Assembly (NCBI RefSeq): GCF_006345805.1
Contig: NC_043008.1
Coordinates: 2,852,001 to 2,916,000 of the forward strand
Direction of reading: 5' to 3'
Origin: Octopus sinensis
Taxonomy: Eukaryota
Length of the DNA: 64,000 bases
The notes under the pieces are model-generated. The model was not told the origin of the DNA, ran no database searches, and was given only the letters and a program-made list of their open reading frames with translations. Positions 14,016 through 26,617 of the stretch are shown here, one piece after another (position 1 is the stretch's first letter; every line of letters begins with the position of its first letter). The position numbers were made by a program, and so were the translations under genes.

Positions 14016-14352
14016 GAAATTAGAGAAAAAAGCACATTTTATCAATTCAAAGTGAACAATTAAATTACACCATCAAGAAAATTACATATAATAGAAATAT
14101 TAACATTATAATAACAATAAAATAATAATAATAATAATAACGTATATGAATTGTAGAATAATGACACGTGTTTCGTGGCTATATTTAAGAAATGATTATA
14201 TACGTTATTATTATTATTATTTTTTGTCTTTGCAATTTACTTAATCTTTGACATTTTATTGTTATTTTATTTTTAATATTTCTATATATGTAATTTTCTA
14301 GATGGTGTAATTTAATTGTTCATTTTGATCTGATAATTTTATATAGAATTTT
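13566..14352. repeat. Tandem duplication of an imperfectly palindromic AT-rich element of about 340 bp (13566-13904 and 14016-14352), separated by (TA)n
   Basis: The copies differ essentially only in homopolymer and AAT counts. Within each, TGAACAATTAAATTACACCATC.AGAAAATTACATATA recurs as its reverse complement. Confidence 0.9.
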
Positions 14353-14363
14353 ATATATATATT

Positions 14364-14445
<82 letters not shown>

Positions 14446-14503
14446 ATATACACATATACAAAAGTCATTTTTAATTATCAAAGAAAATATGTGAGAAAGC
14501 CGT

Positions 14504-14650
14504 TTACTTAAGCTTGCCGCACTCGGCTTCCAACACGGTTTCAAGATGGCTCTGAAACCTGGCGTTTGCTTCCGGCATTGTGCCCGGCAGGTCTTTGAAA
14601 ACATTTTCTACCAACCAGGCCTTTGTCTTGCAGGCAGAGCGGATCTTGTT
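14504..14650 (-). pseudogene. Tc1/mariner-superfamily transposase C-terminal remnant
   Basis: Translation ..KTKAWLVENVFKDLPGTMPEANARFQSHLETVLEAECGKLK* fits the Tc1/mariner C-terminal pattern (F.DLP...AC.RF..RLE.V.EAEGG). Confidence 0.65.
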
Positions 14651-16516
14651 TTTTGTTTTTTTTATCAAGCGCACGCTACATATAGTAATCCTTGGCATTA
14701 CAATCAGAGCAATTAGGAAACCAATAGATGGTGAAATGATAGCGATTTTTTGACAACCACTTCTGACTCTTTCCGGATGTATGGCGATCCTAATCCTAAT
14801 CTGCTACTATATATATATGAACTATCAGCAGCAAACTATTCCTCACAGAGATTGACAACAACCTCCAGCAGATTCCCACAGCCGTCCGAATTAAACCTAA
14901 CGCCTTGCTGACATATGCGGGGATGGATTCCTACTGTTGATCGCGGCTTCGTAGTTGCCGTTGCAGCATTTGATGTCACGTCGAAAAGAAGGAAATGATT
15001 GAGATGGTTCGGCGAAGGGCATGGTGTGTCGTCGTCCCAGGAATTACTCACGCATTGTGGATAAGCTCAGGATCAGGGAATAACACGTTAACGTATATTT
15101 GTGCATATGGAGAGTGTCAGCGAAATTCGTCCCCGGGGTACTGGCGGGGCAACAGAAGCAACACCGCATGGAAATTGCTCAGGACATACCGCATTCTTCT
15201 AACATATACACATAAATGAGGATCACAATCATCAATTTAGTAGGGACTGAATAGAAATATTTCTATTCAGTCCCTATTAAATTGAAGATCGCGATCCTCA
15301 TCTATGTGTATATGTTCCCAGGACAGCACCAGCTGCAGCTTAATTGGCACGAGGTAGAATATAAGTGATAGGGCCAATATTCTTGGAACAAAGTATTGCA
15401 TAGAATGCCGGACTCGGTTGAGGGGAATGTAGCAATTTTGTCTGGAGGAAGAGAGACGAATTAGTTTCAAATACCTGGGTGAAAACAGCATGAGCCAATC
15501 AGCACCGCTTATAGTAAAAAGTGCAGAGCAGGCGCAAAGAAGACACGACGGGTCGGGAAAGAACTGGAACGTATTAGTGAATGGTTTCAGGACACTAAGT
15601 CTGCCGGTTTTAGACGACCTTTAGAGCTAGCTGTATTACCAGGGACATCATTGCCCTCCTCATCTCGGGTTCTTAGAACGTCAACAATTATCAGATGTTC
15701 CTGTTATATCTGGCACTGAACAGAGGAGCTAAAATGCAATGCTAGCGATGTTAATGTTGCATTTGTGCAAAAAACCTACAAGAAATTCGAAGATCATTTC
15801 AGGTGTTTTCTTGGTTAAAGCATTTTCCCAAAGACTTGTTATTAGTAGCGTGTTTAGCTTTTCAGTTATCAATACTGTGATGCTATCAAGTGGTGATATC
15901 GTATCAGCACCGAAATTGCTTTTACCATGTTTGTTCCAGTACTTGGTTTATGCTTGTTTTCAGATCAGTATGTTTCAAGGGTATGAGACAGACAGATGAT
16001 GTTGGCTACGTATGTTTCATACACTTTCCGGTCATAGACCATGGACAGAAGAACCTACAATGTGAACCACTGAGATGGAAGCACGCGGAAAATTATTTAT
16101 CCAATCTTTAGAAGTAATGATTTTATTAGGGATATCCCAGTTCAGTGTAAAAGATAGATTTCCAGGAGGGCCAATTCTATTACAATGAAGCAGATAAACA
16201 TCCAACATACAAGGCAACCTGTTGTCTATTTCCTCTTTTCCTGCCCAATTAGATATATCATACGGACACCTCCATATCACAACTAGATGTATATCTTATA
16301 TTCGCACGTATACACACAGACTCAAATATAAAACTATGTGTATGTATGTATAATCCATAAGCTCAAGGGTTTATGAGAGGTAAATAAATACTTATAAGTA
16401 TATATAAGAGAGTTGAATTGTCGGTGTAACCTTGATGTTCCACCTGGGATCACATGGTATAGGTGACCACATTTCAGCTATTCTTATACATGTTCTAGCC
16501 ATTTGATTATATATAT

Positions 16517-16580
<64 letters not shown>

Positions 16581-16819
16581 AATATAATAAAATATTAGGG
16601 AATAAATCCAAACTTACAGGGAAAAATCAGATTTAGGATTGAATCCAATTTTATAGTAAAATATTATATTATAGTAAATTAGAGATAAAACCACTATTAG
16701 GCAAATCATACAATGAAAAACTTAAGCCAATACATAAGATTAATTAATTTATATTATTTAAATATATATCAAAATTATTAAAAAAGATAATATATACAAA
16801 TATATATATATATAGATAT

Positions 16820-16890
<71 letters not shown>

Positions 16891-16914
16891 CATATATATA
16901 TATATACATACATT

Positions 16915-16960
<46 letters not shown>

Positions 16961-17138
16961 TATATGCATATATATAATTCTATTTAAGCGATGAGGAATT
17001 ATCTACATTATTTACATTATTTACATTTGGCATATGGTGTAGTGGTTAAGAGCGCGGGCTATTAACCACAAGATTCCGAGTTCGATTACAGGCAGTGACC
17101 TGAATAATAATAACGATGATAAAAATGATAATAATAAC

Positions 17139-18475
<1,337 letters not shown>

Positions 18476-18549
18476 AATAATAATAATAATAATAATAACA
18501 TCAACAACATTGAAAAAAACTTTAGGAATGAGTTCGAAATTTCCCTAAT

Positions 18550-18594
18550 ACACCTGATGAAGGCTGGAGTGTATATCATCCGAAACGTTGTGTT
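18550..18594 (+). ncRNA. Minimal type I hammerhead ribozyme motif (palindromic helix III, dimer type)
   Basis: ACAC-CTGATGA-A-GGCTG-GAGTGTATAT-CATCC-GAAAC-GTT-GTGT. Helix I is ACAC/GUGU and AACGUU is a palindrome. Confidence 0.65.
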
Positions 18595-19671
18595 AACAAT
18601 AGGCAAGATGAGGATAAATATCCGTCAAACGTAAATAATATAAATAATGTACACATATGCATATTTACGTTTATAAATATATGGATGTATACACATATAG
18701 ATGTACATGTGTATATATATATATATATATATATACATACATCAATATGTACAAGCATATAATATATGTGTATATATACACACACATATATATGCCTGTG
18801 TGTATGTTTGTATAACGAATGTTCATATAATACTCTGATATAAACGGAATAATTAAAATGTCTCACGCGCATAATGCGCAGATGCCACCTGCTGAATAAA
18901 AAATAAAACAACCAAAAATTTATAAATAATGTTACGTGCGGGAATATCAGTATTGCTAATGTTTTACAAACAGGAATCCAAAAAATTTTAAATAGCTACT
19001 GAAATGATTGATAATATATGAAGCACAAAGGCAAAACGTGACAAATGCAATTTAGAAATTTTCCCATCCAAATGTCCGTAATCAATACCGTGATGCATTC
19101 TAAATTGCTGATTATTGCACGGTTGTAAGTAAACACCTATATCTGTGCAAATTTGATAGAGAACAACGTTTTATGCATTTACGCATGCGTATAATATTAG
19201 GTTCGATGGAATATTTTTCAATTACTGCATAGCTGTTTATGCATAATTAGTGCATGGTATGTATGTAGCGTAGAAGTAGAGTGAAATCTAGTTTTGTTCA
19301 ATCCTAATTAAGTTTTGTCATACAACCCCTCAGCAAACTAGAATTAGAAAATGTAATGGCTGCCTTTTCATGTAGGCTAGGGAAGCAAAAATAAATATTT
19401 GAACCATTTAACGACACGAGACATGTGATATTGAGCAATTAAAAAGAAAACGAAACAAATAAAATCCTTAAAACATTCAGCGTGTTTAATGCATTCTCAT
19501 AGCTGTGATATCGTCCGTGGCATGGCAATAAAAATCGAAATAGACAAAATCGAATTATAATATATGCAAGTTGTTTAGTTTATATTAAATTATTCAGTGT
19601 AGGGAATGCCCTAACCACTAACAATAAACTTTGAGGGATGAAATTTCAGACATTATATATATATATATATT

Positions 19672-20225
19672 ATTATCGTTTTACAACTCGAAGCCATCGA
19701 TTTTGTTTGTTCTGGTAGATTCTGTGTGAGCGGACAGCAACCTACTGTCAGATCTCACTGGGTCTCTTTCCGCACGTTTTAAGCTTTGCTACTTGGTTGT
19801 TAATTATCGTGGGTTACATTCAGCATCCAGGTACCAATTTCAAAATCCTAGCTCTTCCCAACGGCTCATGTTCTGGGACTTGCTCTGCTCTCGTGCCAAT
19901 TCCGAATTCTCAGACTTGGCTGTTAGTGCTCCAAGTGCCACCACAACTACTGGAAGAACAGACGTTCTCCTCATAGTCGAGATTGTTGCAATTTCGTCTT
20001 TTAGTGATCTGTACTTTTCAATCTAGTTCTTTGTTATTCTAGTTATTTGCGATATTCTCCAGGTACTACAATGTCTGTAATCCCTTTTTTTACTTTTTCC
20101 CTCTATCTACCAGACCAATATCTGGTCTCTGTGCCTCGATAAGAGAGTCGCACTGGACTGTGAAATTCCACAGTATCTTAAATTCTTTGTTCTCGGCGAC
20201 TCCTTCAGGTTCATGCTGGTAGTAG
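19672..20225 (-). pseudogene. Degenerate R4/Dong-clade LINE: RLE domain and 3' end
   Basis: Minus translation YQHEPEGVAENKEFKILWNFTVQCDSLIEAQRPDIGLVD...EKYRSLKDEI...VLPVVVVALGAL, with stops and frameshifts. It ends AAACG(ATA)n. Confidence 0.85.
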
Positions 20226-20239
20226 TGACAGAAAAGTAC

Positions 20240-21060
20240 ATTGTATCAAAGTGACAATGGTGTACACATTTTCGTAGCTCTATACACCAATGATAACTAC
20301 TCGTCTGGCAGGGCTACCCCAGGCACATGCTTCACAGCCTTATTTGCATGAGTTATTGACCTAATACCAGGAAAAACAGTGCAAGAGCTTCCAGGGGCAG
20401 GGGAAGTGGTTAAATTGTTTCTTCATGGCTTCACTAATCGAGGGAAGCGATGGTATTTGAAAAGCCGCCATGACATTGTTTTCACACCAGTCTTTGATGT
20501 GATAGGAAAAGAGACAGGAGCAGAAACAACAGCATCAAGAAAGAAACAGCAAACAGAAGCAGCAGCAACGACGAGTAAAGATGTCTTCTTAAATGACGCA
20601 AGGATGACCTCCGCCAGCGTCCGGAACACCGATACGGCCAACACAAAAATTAATGAAACGGCAACTGCAGCCGTGCTTTATTCTAAATAGAACTGGATGT
20701 TGCGAGAAGGAATTTTGAGTGACGCTAACCTGCATTTGACAAATAATGACAGAGCAGTTTTCCCAAGCACACAGGAGGAAGTGCAAGAAAATATAAAGAA
20801 AAGGCCATTATATATAAATGGGTATCATTAAAAGATGAGGAGACTGGAGCGAGCTACGTAGGCCCAGATCGAGTAATACTTAAGACCAGTCGGGTGCTTA
20901 GAAAATTATGTCACCCTTGGAAAACACTTTGGCACAGTTGACATAATATTCTCAACTGAAGTAATAGCTAAATAAAATGCAACAACAGCCCTCAAGACTG
21001 AAAAATTATATCTAATTCCGACAAACCTCTGTGCAAGGAATGCACAGAGGTTTGCGAACC
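20240..21060 (+). mobile_element. Unrelated insertion, possibly a degenerate LINE ORF1-like relic, between the two halves of the old Dong copy
   Basis: Protein-like but stop-broken frame (..TLGKHFGTVDIIFSTEVIAK*NATTALKTEKLYLIP..). It lies between the RT and RLE relics; identity is uncertain. Confidence 0.3.
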
Positions 21061-21104
21061 CATTACACTGTCTGGCATTTTAGTAAATTTCAGTCACTCT
21101 AACA

Positions 21105-21850
21105 TCTAGCTCATGTGGAACTTTTCGTAGGGGTTCCTTTAGCTCATCCCTGCCTTGTCAAAATTCTTGCACCTCCTTTTACTATCCGCAAGAATTGTTT
21201 TATGTCTCAAAAATTGATCGTTTTTAGACTTGCTGTTATTTTTACACTTTTTACTGTTCCGGTAAAATTTCATTTTTCTCGCAGATCTTATACATGATCC
21301 AAGCCATGAGTTTCCATATTGGTGGTAAGAAAGATGAGGGAATAACTATCTACCGTTAGATCGGTCATTCTGGCACAGCAAAGTACTACTTCCCGATTGT
21401 TTAAGATGTCATTCATTTGAGATTCGATTTCTTTAGGAAAAGATGCCAAATTCTTCAGCCAAACACGATGTATCCCATTAGATTCAGCCGTTTTCCAACT
21501 GGGAATTAATTTTGCCTGACATGAATACAATTACTACTGCTGTTTCAGTGTCTCTTTGCATCACATTTATGTTATTCCTCCTCAATGCATTAAACGATTA
21601 AGAATATTTATAATGCCGTACCTCATTATACCCGATGTTTAGCCAAAACCTTTCGCTTTCTTCCGCAACCAAGGTCACTCTTTCTTTCTGACTTTTACCC
21701 TCGAGGTCTTGGTACACTGATTTCGGATCGTAATGCAACATTCTATTCATTCTGTATTGTTGTGTGTTTTTTGGTCAAATCCTTTCACATCAGTCGCCTT
21801 GGTTCCAACTCCTCGATAACGGCGCTTATTCTATTCTTCCGCATATGATA
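21105..21850 (-). pseudogene. Degenerate R4/Dong-clade LINE: linker and N-terminal reverse transcriptase motifs
   Basis: Minus translation gives VIEELE..QYRMNRML..KSVYQDLEG, then IPSWKTAESNGIHRVWLKNL (compare PNWKAPGPDG..WLK), then MYKICEKNEILPEQ..NDQFL..KTILADSKRR (compare LP.EQKG..TKDQLLIDK). Confidence 0.8.
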
Positions 21851-22193
21851 CTTCTTTTCTATTTGAACATGTTTATGCTTCTTCTTTATTTCGCCTCTTT
21901 GCACGTTCCAAGATGTTAATATGCATCCTTGATTCGTTAACGGATTCTATGATTCTTTTCTTCCACCATCGTTCTCTCCCTCTTTCCCCATTCAATGGAT
22001 TTACAAATCCCGTTTCCTTCCAACGAATACAACTGTAGCATCAATATGTTTATCTTTAACATATATAGTTTTCTTTCACTATTATTGTTGTTGCTGTTGT
22101 TACTAAGGTTATTATTGTTTAAAAACCTCTCCCTCAAGCACTCCTACGTCGGAAGAGCCGGGAGTCATCATCATAATTTTAATCACAACGTCA

Positions 22194-22275
22194 GTGGCGT
22201 AGTGGTTAAGAGTATGGGCTACAAATCCCAAGATTCCGAGTTCGGTTCCAAGCTGTTACCTGAATAACAATGATG

Positions 22276-22348
<73 letters not shown>

Positions 22349-22382
22349 TAATAATAATGATGATGATAATGATAATAATAAC

Positions 22383-22447
<65 letters not shown>

Positions 22448-22605
22448 CGGAAAGCACCTTAGGAATGAGAACCCAGGTTCGAAATATCCCCGAGACACCT
22501 GATGAAAGCTGGAGGGTATATCAGCCGAAACGTTGTGTTAACAACAAACAATATGGGGACAAATATCCGTCAAATGTAAATAATGTAAATAATGTACATT
22601 ATTCT
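22194..22605 (+). mobile_element. tRNA-head/(AAT)n/hammerhead-tail SINE-like element, copy 2 (uninterrupted)
   Basis: A box TGGCGTAGTGG at 22195-22205, B box GAGTTCGGTTCC at 22238-22249, (AAT)n at 22263-22447, then a tail with the hammerhead motif and an (AATGTAAAT)n end. Confidence 0.85.
22494..22539 (+). ncRNA. Minimal type I hammerhead ribozyme motif
   Basis: GACAC-CTGATGA-AA-GCTG-GAGGGTATAT-CAGC-C-GAAAC-GTT-GTGTT. Helix I is GACAC/GUGUU. Confidence 0.65.
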
Positions 22606-24242
22606 TAAACATGGAACAGATTGATAGATAAACAGACAGCCACATATAGTTACCTACAGATAAAGATATATTTACCTCTCTCTCTTTCTCTCTCTCTTAC
22701 TCTTTCTCTCTCTCTTACTCTCTCTCTCTCTTTATATACGTCTGCCTCACAACACGTATAATTATATATACGTTGGCGTGTTCTACGTATGTAAACATAT
22801 GTATATATTCAAATATATATATACAGATTAATGTGTAATTATTGGTATATATGTGTGTTTCTATGTGTGTTTATGTATATATATATATATATGTATATAC
22901 ATACATATATATACGTGTATGTATGTATACATATGTATGTTTGCGTCTGCGTATACATACACGCACATACACATAGTGTTTATGTTTGCATGTATATGTC
23001 TTTATAAATATGCATGAATAACTCTGACAGAGATGAGAAGGCGAGTTCAACCTCCAGTAAAGGTATCATTAACTATTGAATAACGAAAAAGAAATATAGA
23101 AAAGAAAATTTGAACTGATGCCTACCATTAGAACCATATTGTGTTGGAAGTGTGCCTGACAAGGAAGAACTCAAATGCTTGCCAAAGCAAAAAAAAAAAA
23201 AGAAAAAAGCTAAAACTAGAAGTAAAAGAAAAGTGGAATATGAAAAGAGTGTAATTTATACAACACAGAAGAAGAGAATGAATTTAATATAAGTATTTGA
23301 CAAAAGCCCGGAGCAGATTTTTGTCTCATAAAATTGTTTTAAAAGAAATATTGTTTGAGTTTATATCTATGCAATCATTTACAGAATAATTTTTAATGCA
23401 TGCAATACAAGATCTGTTTTGTTATATTAAATAATGCCTAACTCTGAACCTGTATATAAGAAATGGTAATGTTGACGACAAGATTTCAAATTGTGATGCT
23501 TCTAAATCGCTTTAGCTGTTTTATTTAATGCGGGGTTCGTGAAAGCAATATGCGTCTTCCTGATGGGCTCTCCAATCCTAGTCAGTTCACCGATATGAAT
23601 AGGCAGTTGAGCGTTTGAACAATTGCAGGCAGATCCTGGTAAATGTGAGAATCCGGTACGAAAGGAATGACTGGATTTAGGCAACATTGCCCCGCCGCGA
23701 CTGAAGAGGCAGGAGAATATGGTTTAGACAAGCTATAGTATGGTTTAGACAAGAAATGAGTCGGGAATGTCTAACTGAATGTTAGTCGGAGAGTTTGAGA
23801 TAGGACTAGTAGACATGGAAAAGGAGCAGTGACATAGCATGTATGAACCAGTGATTGAGAGATTCTAGTGAGGCTCATCAAGAAAATCCGCCGGGTTACT
23901 TGATGCGATGCAAAATGAATTTCTATTTGGCTGCAACACCGTCCAAGCTGTGAGGTTCGATGTTTATTGGATGTCACATATACACGTTGTAGAGACTTAG
24001 TAAATATAGAAGAATAAGAGGTATTCCGTCTCTGAGACGCAAGGTCTCACGTTTTGGTGTCGTTTTTTATGTGTTGTGCATATTCGTACATTCACGCGTC
24101 CTCGTAATTTCCGATCAATTGCAGTCCAAGTTAAACAGTTGTTAGTTTCATGATATTTCTTATATAAGAAATGTATTAATTATTGTACGTAGAGACACAC
24201 AAATCCGTTACACCCGCAAATATATTTCAGTGCCTACCATTC

Positions 24243-24435
24243 GAAATACAGGCACAACAGACACAGGGAGAAAGAGTGAAAGAAAGTTGTGGTGGAAGAG
24301 TACAGCAGGGTTCGTCATCCTCCCTCACTGCCGGAGTCCCGTAGAACTTTAGGTGTCTTCGCTCCATAAATCGAAACCTTTATACTACGACCGCGAGTCC
24401 GCTGCCGCAATAAACACTGGGCCATTGTGCCTCCA

Positions 24436-24438
<3 letters not shown>
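24243..24438 (-). mobile_element. Partial tRNA-derived SINE, same family as 62050-62412
   Basis: Minus-strand head TGGCCCAGTG..GCAGCGGACTCGCGGTCGTAG..GGTTTCGATT. The body (GAAAGTTGTGGTG.AAGAGTAC) is shared with the 62 kb copy. Confidence 0.8.
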
Positions 24439-24516
<78 letters not shown>

Positions 24517-24660
24517 AAGTTAGACATGGCCTGGGCCAATAATGGCCGAAACCTATCAAAGTATCAAAGTATCAAAGTATATATATATATATATACATAT
24601 ATATACATACATACAAACCTACATACATATACATATATATACATATATATATAAATTTAA

Positions 24661-25377
24661 TTAAGGGCTCCTAAATAAGGATGCCAAGTGCTAGGGACAC
24701 AAAAAAAGGATAAATTCATCGAGAGTGAAAATCAAAAACATTTACCATTAACGATACATCCCGGACTGATCAGTTTCTACCTCTTTCTAGCAAAACAGAC
24801 AGAATATGTTTGCTAAGGCCGGTTTCATCAGCGAGACGCTTATGTTAAATCGAGATGCGCAGAGCGTTAGACCATGTGTTGTTCTAAACAACTTGTAAAT
24901 CTTAACTTTTCAAACCTCTGCGCAGACGCCAAATCTACCCGGTGATATAGGGCATGCCGGGAAAATTTTTTTACGAATAAATATATCAAGTAATATGTGA
25001 ATAGAATCAAAAAAGGGTAATAACATAGATTACTACCAGTGGGCCAGCACAGAAGACGAATTAGTCATTAGACAAAATATTATTTATATAGAAAAATATT
25101 ATTCATATAGAAATATAATTAAGGCCTCCTAAATAAGGATGCTGTCTGTTTTGCTAGAAAGAGGTAGAAACTGATCAGTCCGGGATGTATCGTTAATGGT
25201 AAATGTTTTTGATTTTCACTCTCGATGAATTTATCCCTTTTTTGTGTCCCTAGCACTTGGCATCCTTATTTAGGAGCCCATAATTATATTTCTATATGAA
25301 TAATATTTTGTCTAATGACTAATTCGTCTTTTGTGCTGGGCCACTGGTAGTAATCTATGTTATTACCCTTTTTTGAT

Positions 25378-25378
<1 letters not shown>
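24661..25378. mobile_element. Penelope-like pseudo-LTR or retrozyme-type element with a partial tandem repeat and an inverted segment, flanked by (TA)n
   Basis: 25142-25279 is the reverse complement of about 24665-24802, and 25280-25378 is the reverse complement of about 25005-25120. CTCCTAAATAAGGATGC recurs directly at about 24668 and 25126. Confidence 0.8.
24757..24838 (-). ncRNA. Type I hammerhead ribozyme with intact core and extended helix II
   Basis: Minus strand CGTCTCG-CTGATGA-AACC..TAGCAAAC..GTTTTGCTA..GGTA-GAAAC-TGATCA-GTC-CGGGATG. Helix I is 7 bp (CGUCUCG/CGGGAUG), helix III is the palindrome ACUGAUCAGU, and the cleavage triplet is GUC. Confidence 0.75.
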
Positions 25379-25430
<52 letters not shown>

Positions 25431-25862
25431 TATATATATACATTTTGATAGCTCTGTTTATTTGATACTATGAGTTATTACACTAAAAATAATGTATATG
25501 AAAATATGGTAAATGATAAGCCTAATGTTTCTGACAGGACTTTTCCTCGTAGAGAAATATGGATAAAATAAACTCTAAACAATTTATTGTGCATTGCTAT
25601 TGAATAATTTCCCACTGATTCTGACGAGGTTATGCGTCTATAACTTTCAACGCCAAACCCCTTTCATCTCCTACACAAATGTTTGAACTTAGCACTTGTC
25701 TACGTAGACATTCTGTAGCTTCCAGGAATTCTTCACCGTGTGAGACTGAGAGTAAGTGACTTCCGTTATCGCCCGGAGGCAAGCGTAGCCTTACAATAAG
25801 ATTTTGGTAGACAGAAACTGAAGGGACGCCGTCTCATATATATATATAATATATATATATAT

Positions 25863-25971
<109 letters not shown>

Positions 25972-26149
25972 TATATATAATATATATACATATATGATAT
26001 GTATATATGTGTATAAAATATATATATTTACATATATATATAAATTTAAATATAGAATACATACAGATATACAGGGTGTAACAAAAGTCACGCACCAAAG
26101 CATTTGAAATTTTATTTCTTTTCCGTTATTGTTATTATTATTATTATTA

Positions 26150-26224
<75 letters not shown>

Positions 26225-26259
26225 TTATTATTACTATAATTATTATTATTATTTTTATT

Positions 26260-26290
<31 letters not shown>

Positions 26291-26322
26291 TTATTATTAT
26301 TATTATTTCTATTATTATTATT

Positions 26323-26548
26323 CAGTAGTTTTATTTTTATAGCGTGCTTTCACTTCACTACCGAGCGCAGCTCTGTGTGCCTTGGGTATGTGCTGTGATT
26401 TGTTGTGATGCTTTGATGGTTATTGTATGGAAAGTGTTCTGCGTAGGATGTGTGCAGTGCCTAGTAGTGCAATTCTCTGTATGTTATATGTGTTTGTAAG
26501 TCCTGGTGTTTTTGTTATGTATTTGTCTGAATATTTTTGTATCATGCC
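26323..26548 (-). mobile_element. Extremely 5'-truncated Dong-type LINE copy (last about 41 codons plus 3' UTR) in (AAT)n
   Basis: Minus translation GMIQKYSDKYITKTPGLTNTYNIQRIALLGTAHILRRTLSIQ*. The 3' UTR is near-identical to 26615-26711. Confidence 0.88.
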
Positions 26549-26555
26549 TTTTCCG

Positions 26556-26614
<59 letters not shown>

Positions 26615-26617
<3 letters not shown>

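Noticed and set aside
15500-15600. Possible RRHD motif of another RLE-LINE relic
   Set aside because: An isolated motif without the flanking zinc-knuckle or PD..D context.
17030-17102. tRNA gene (also 22194-22262 and 62340-62412)
   Set aside because: A and B boxes are present, but there is no complete acceptor stem and each continues into a repeat body, so these are SINE heads.
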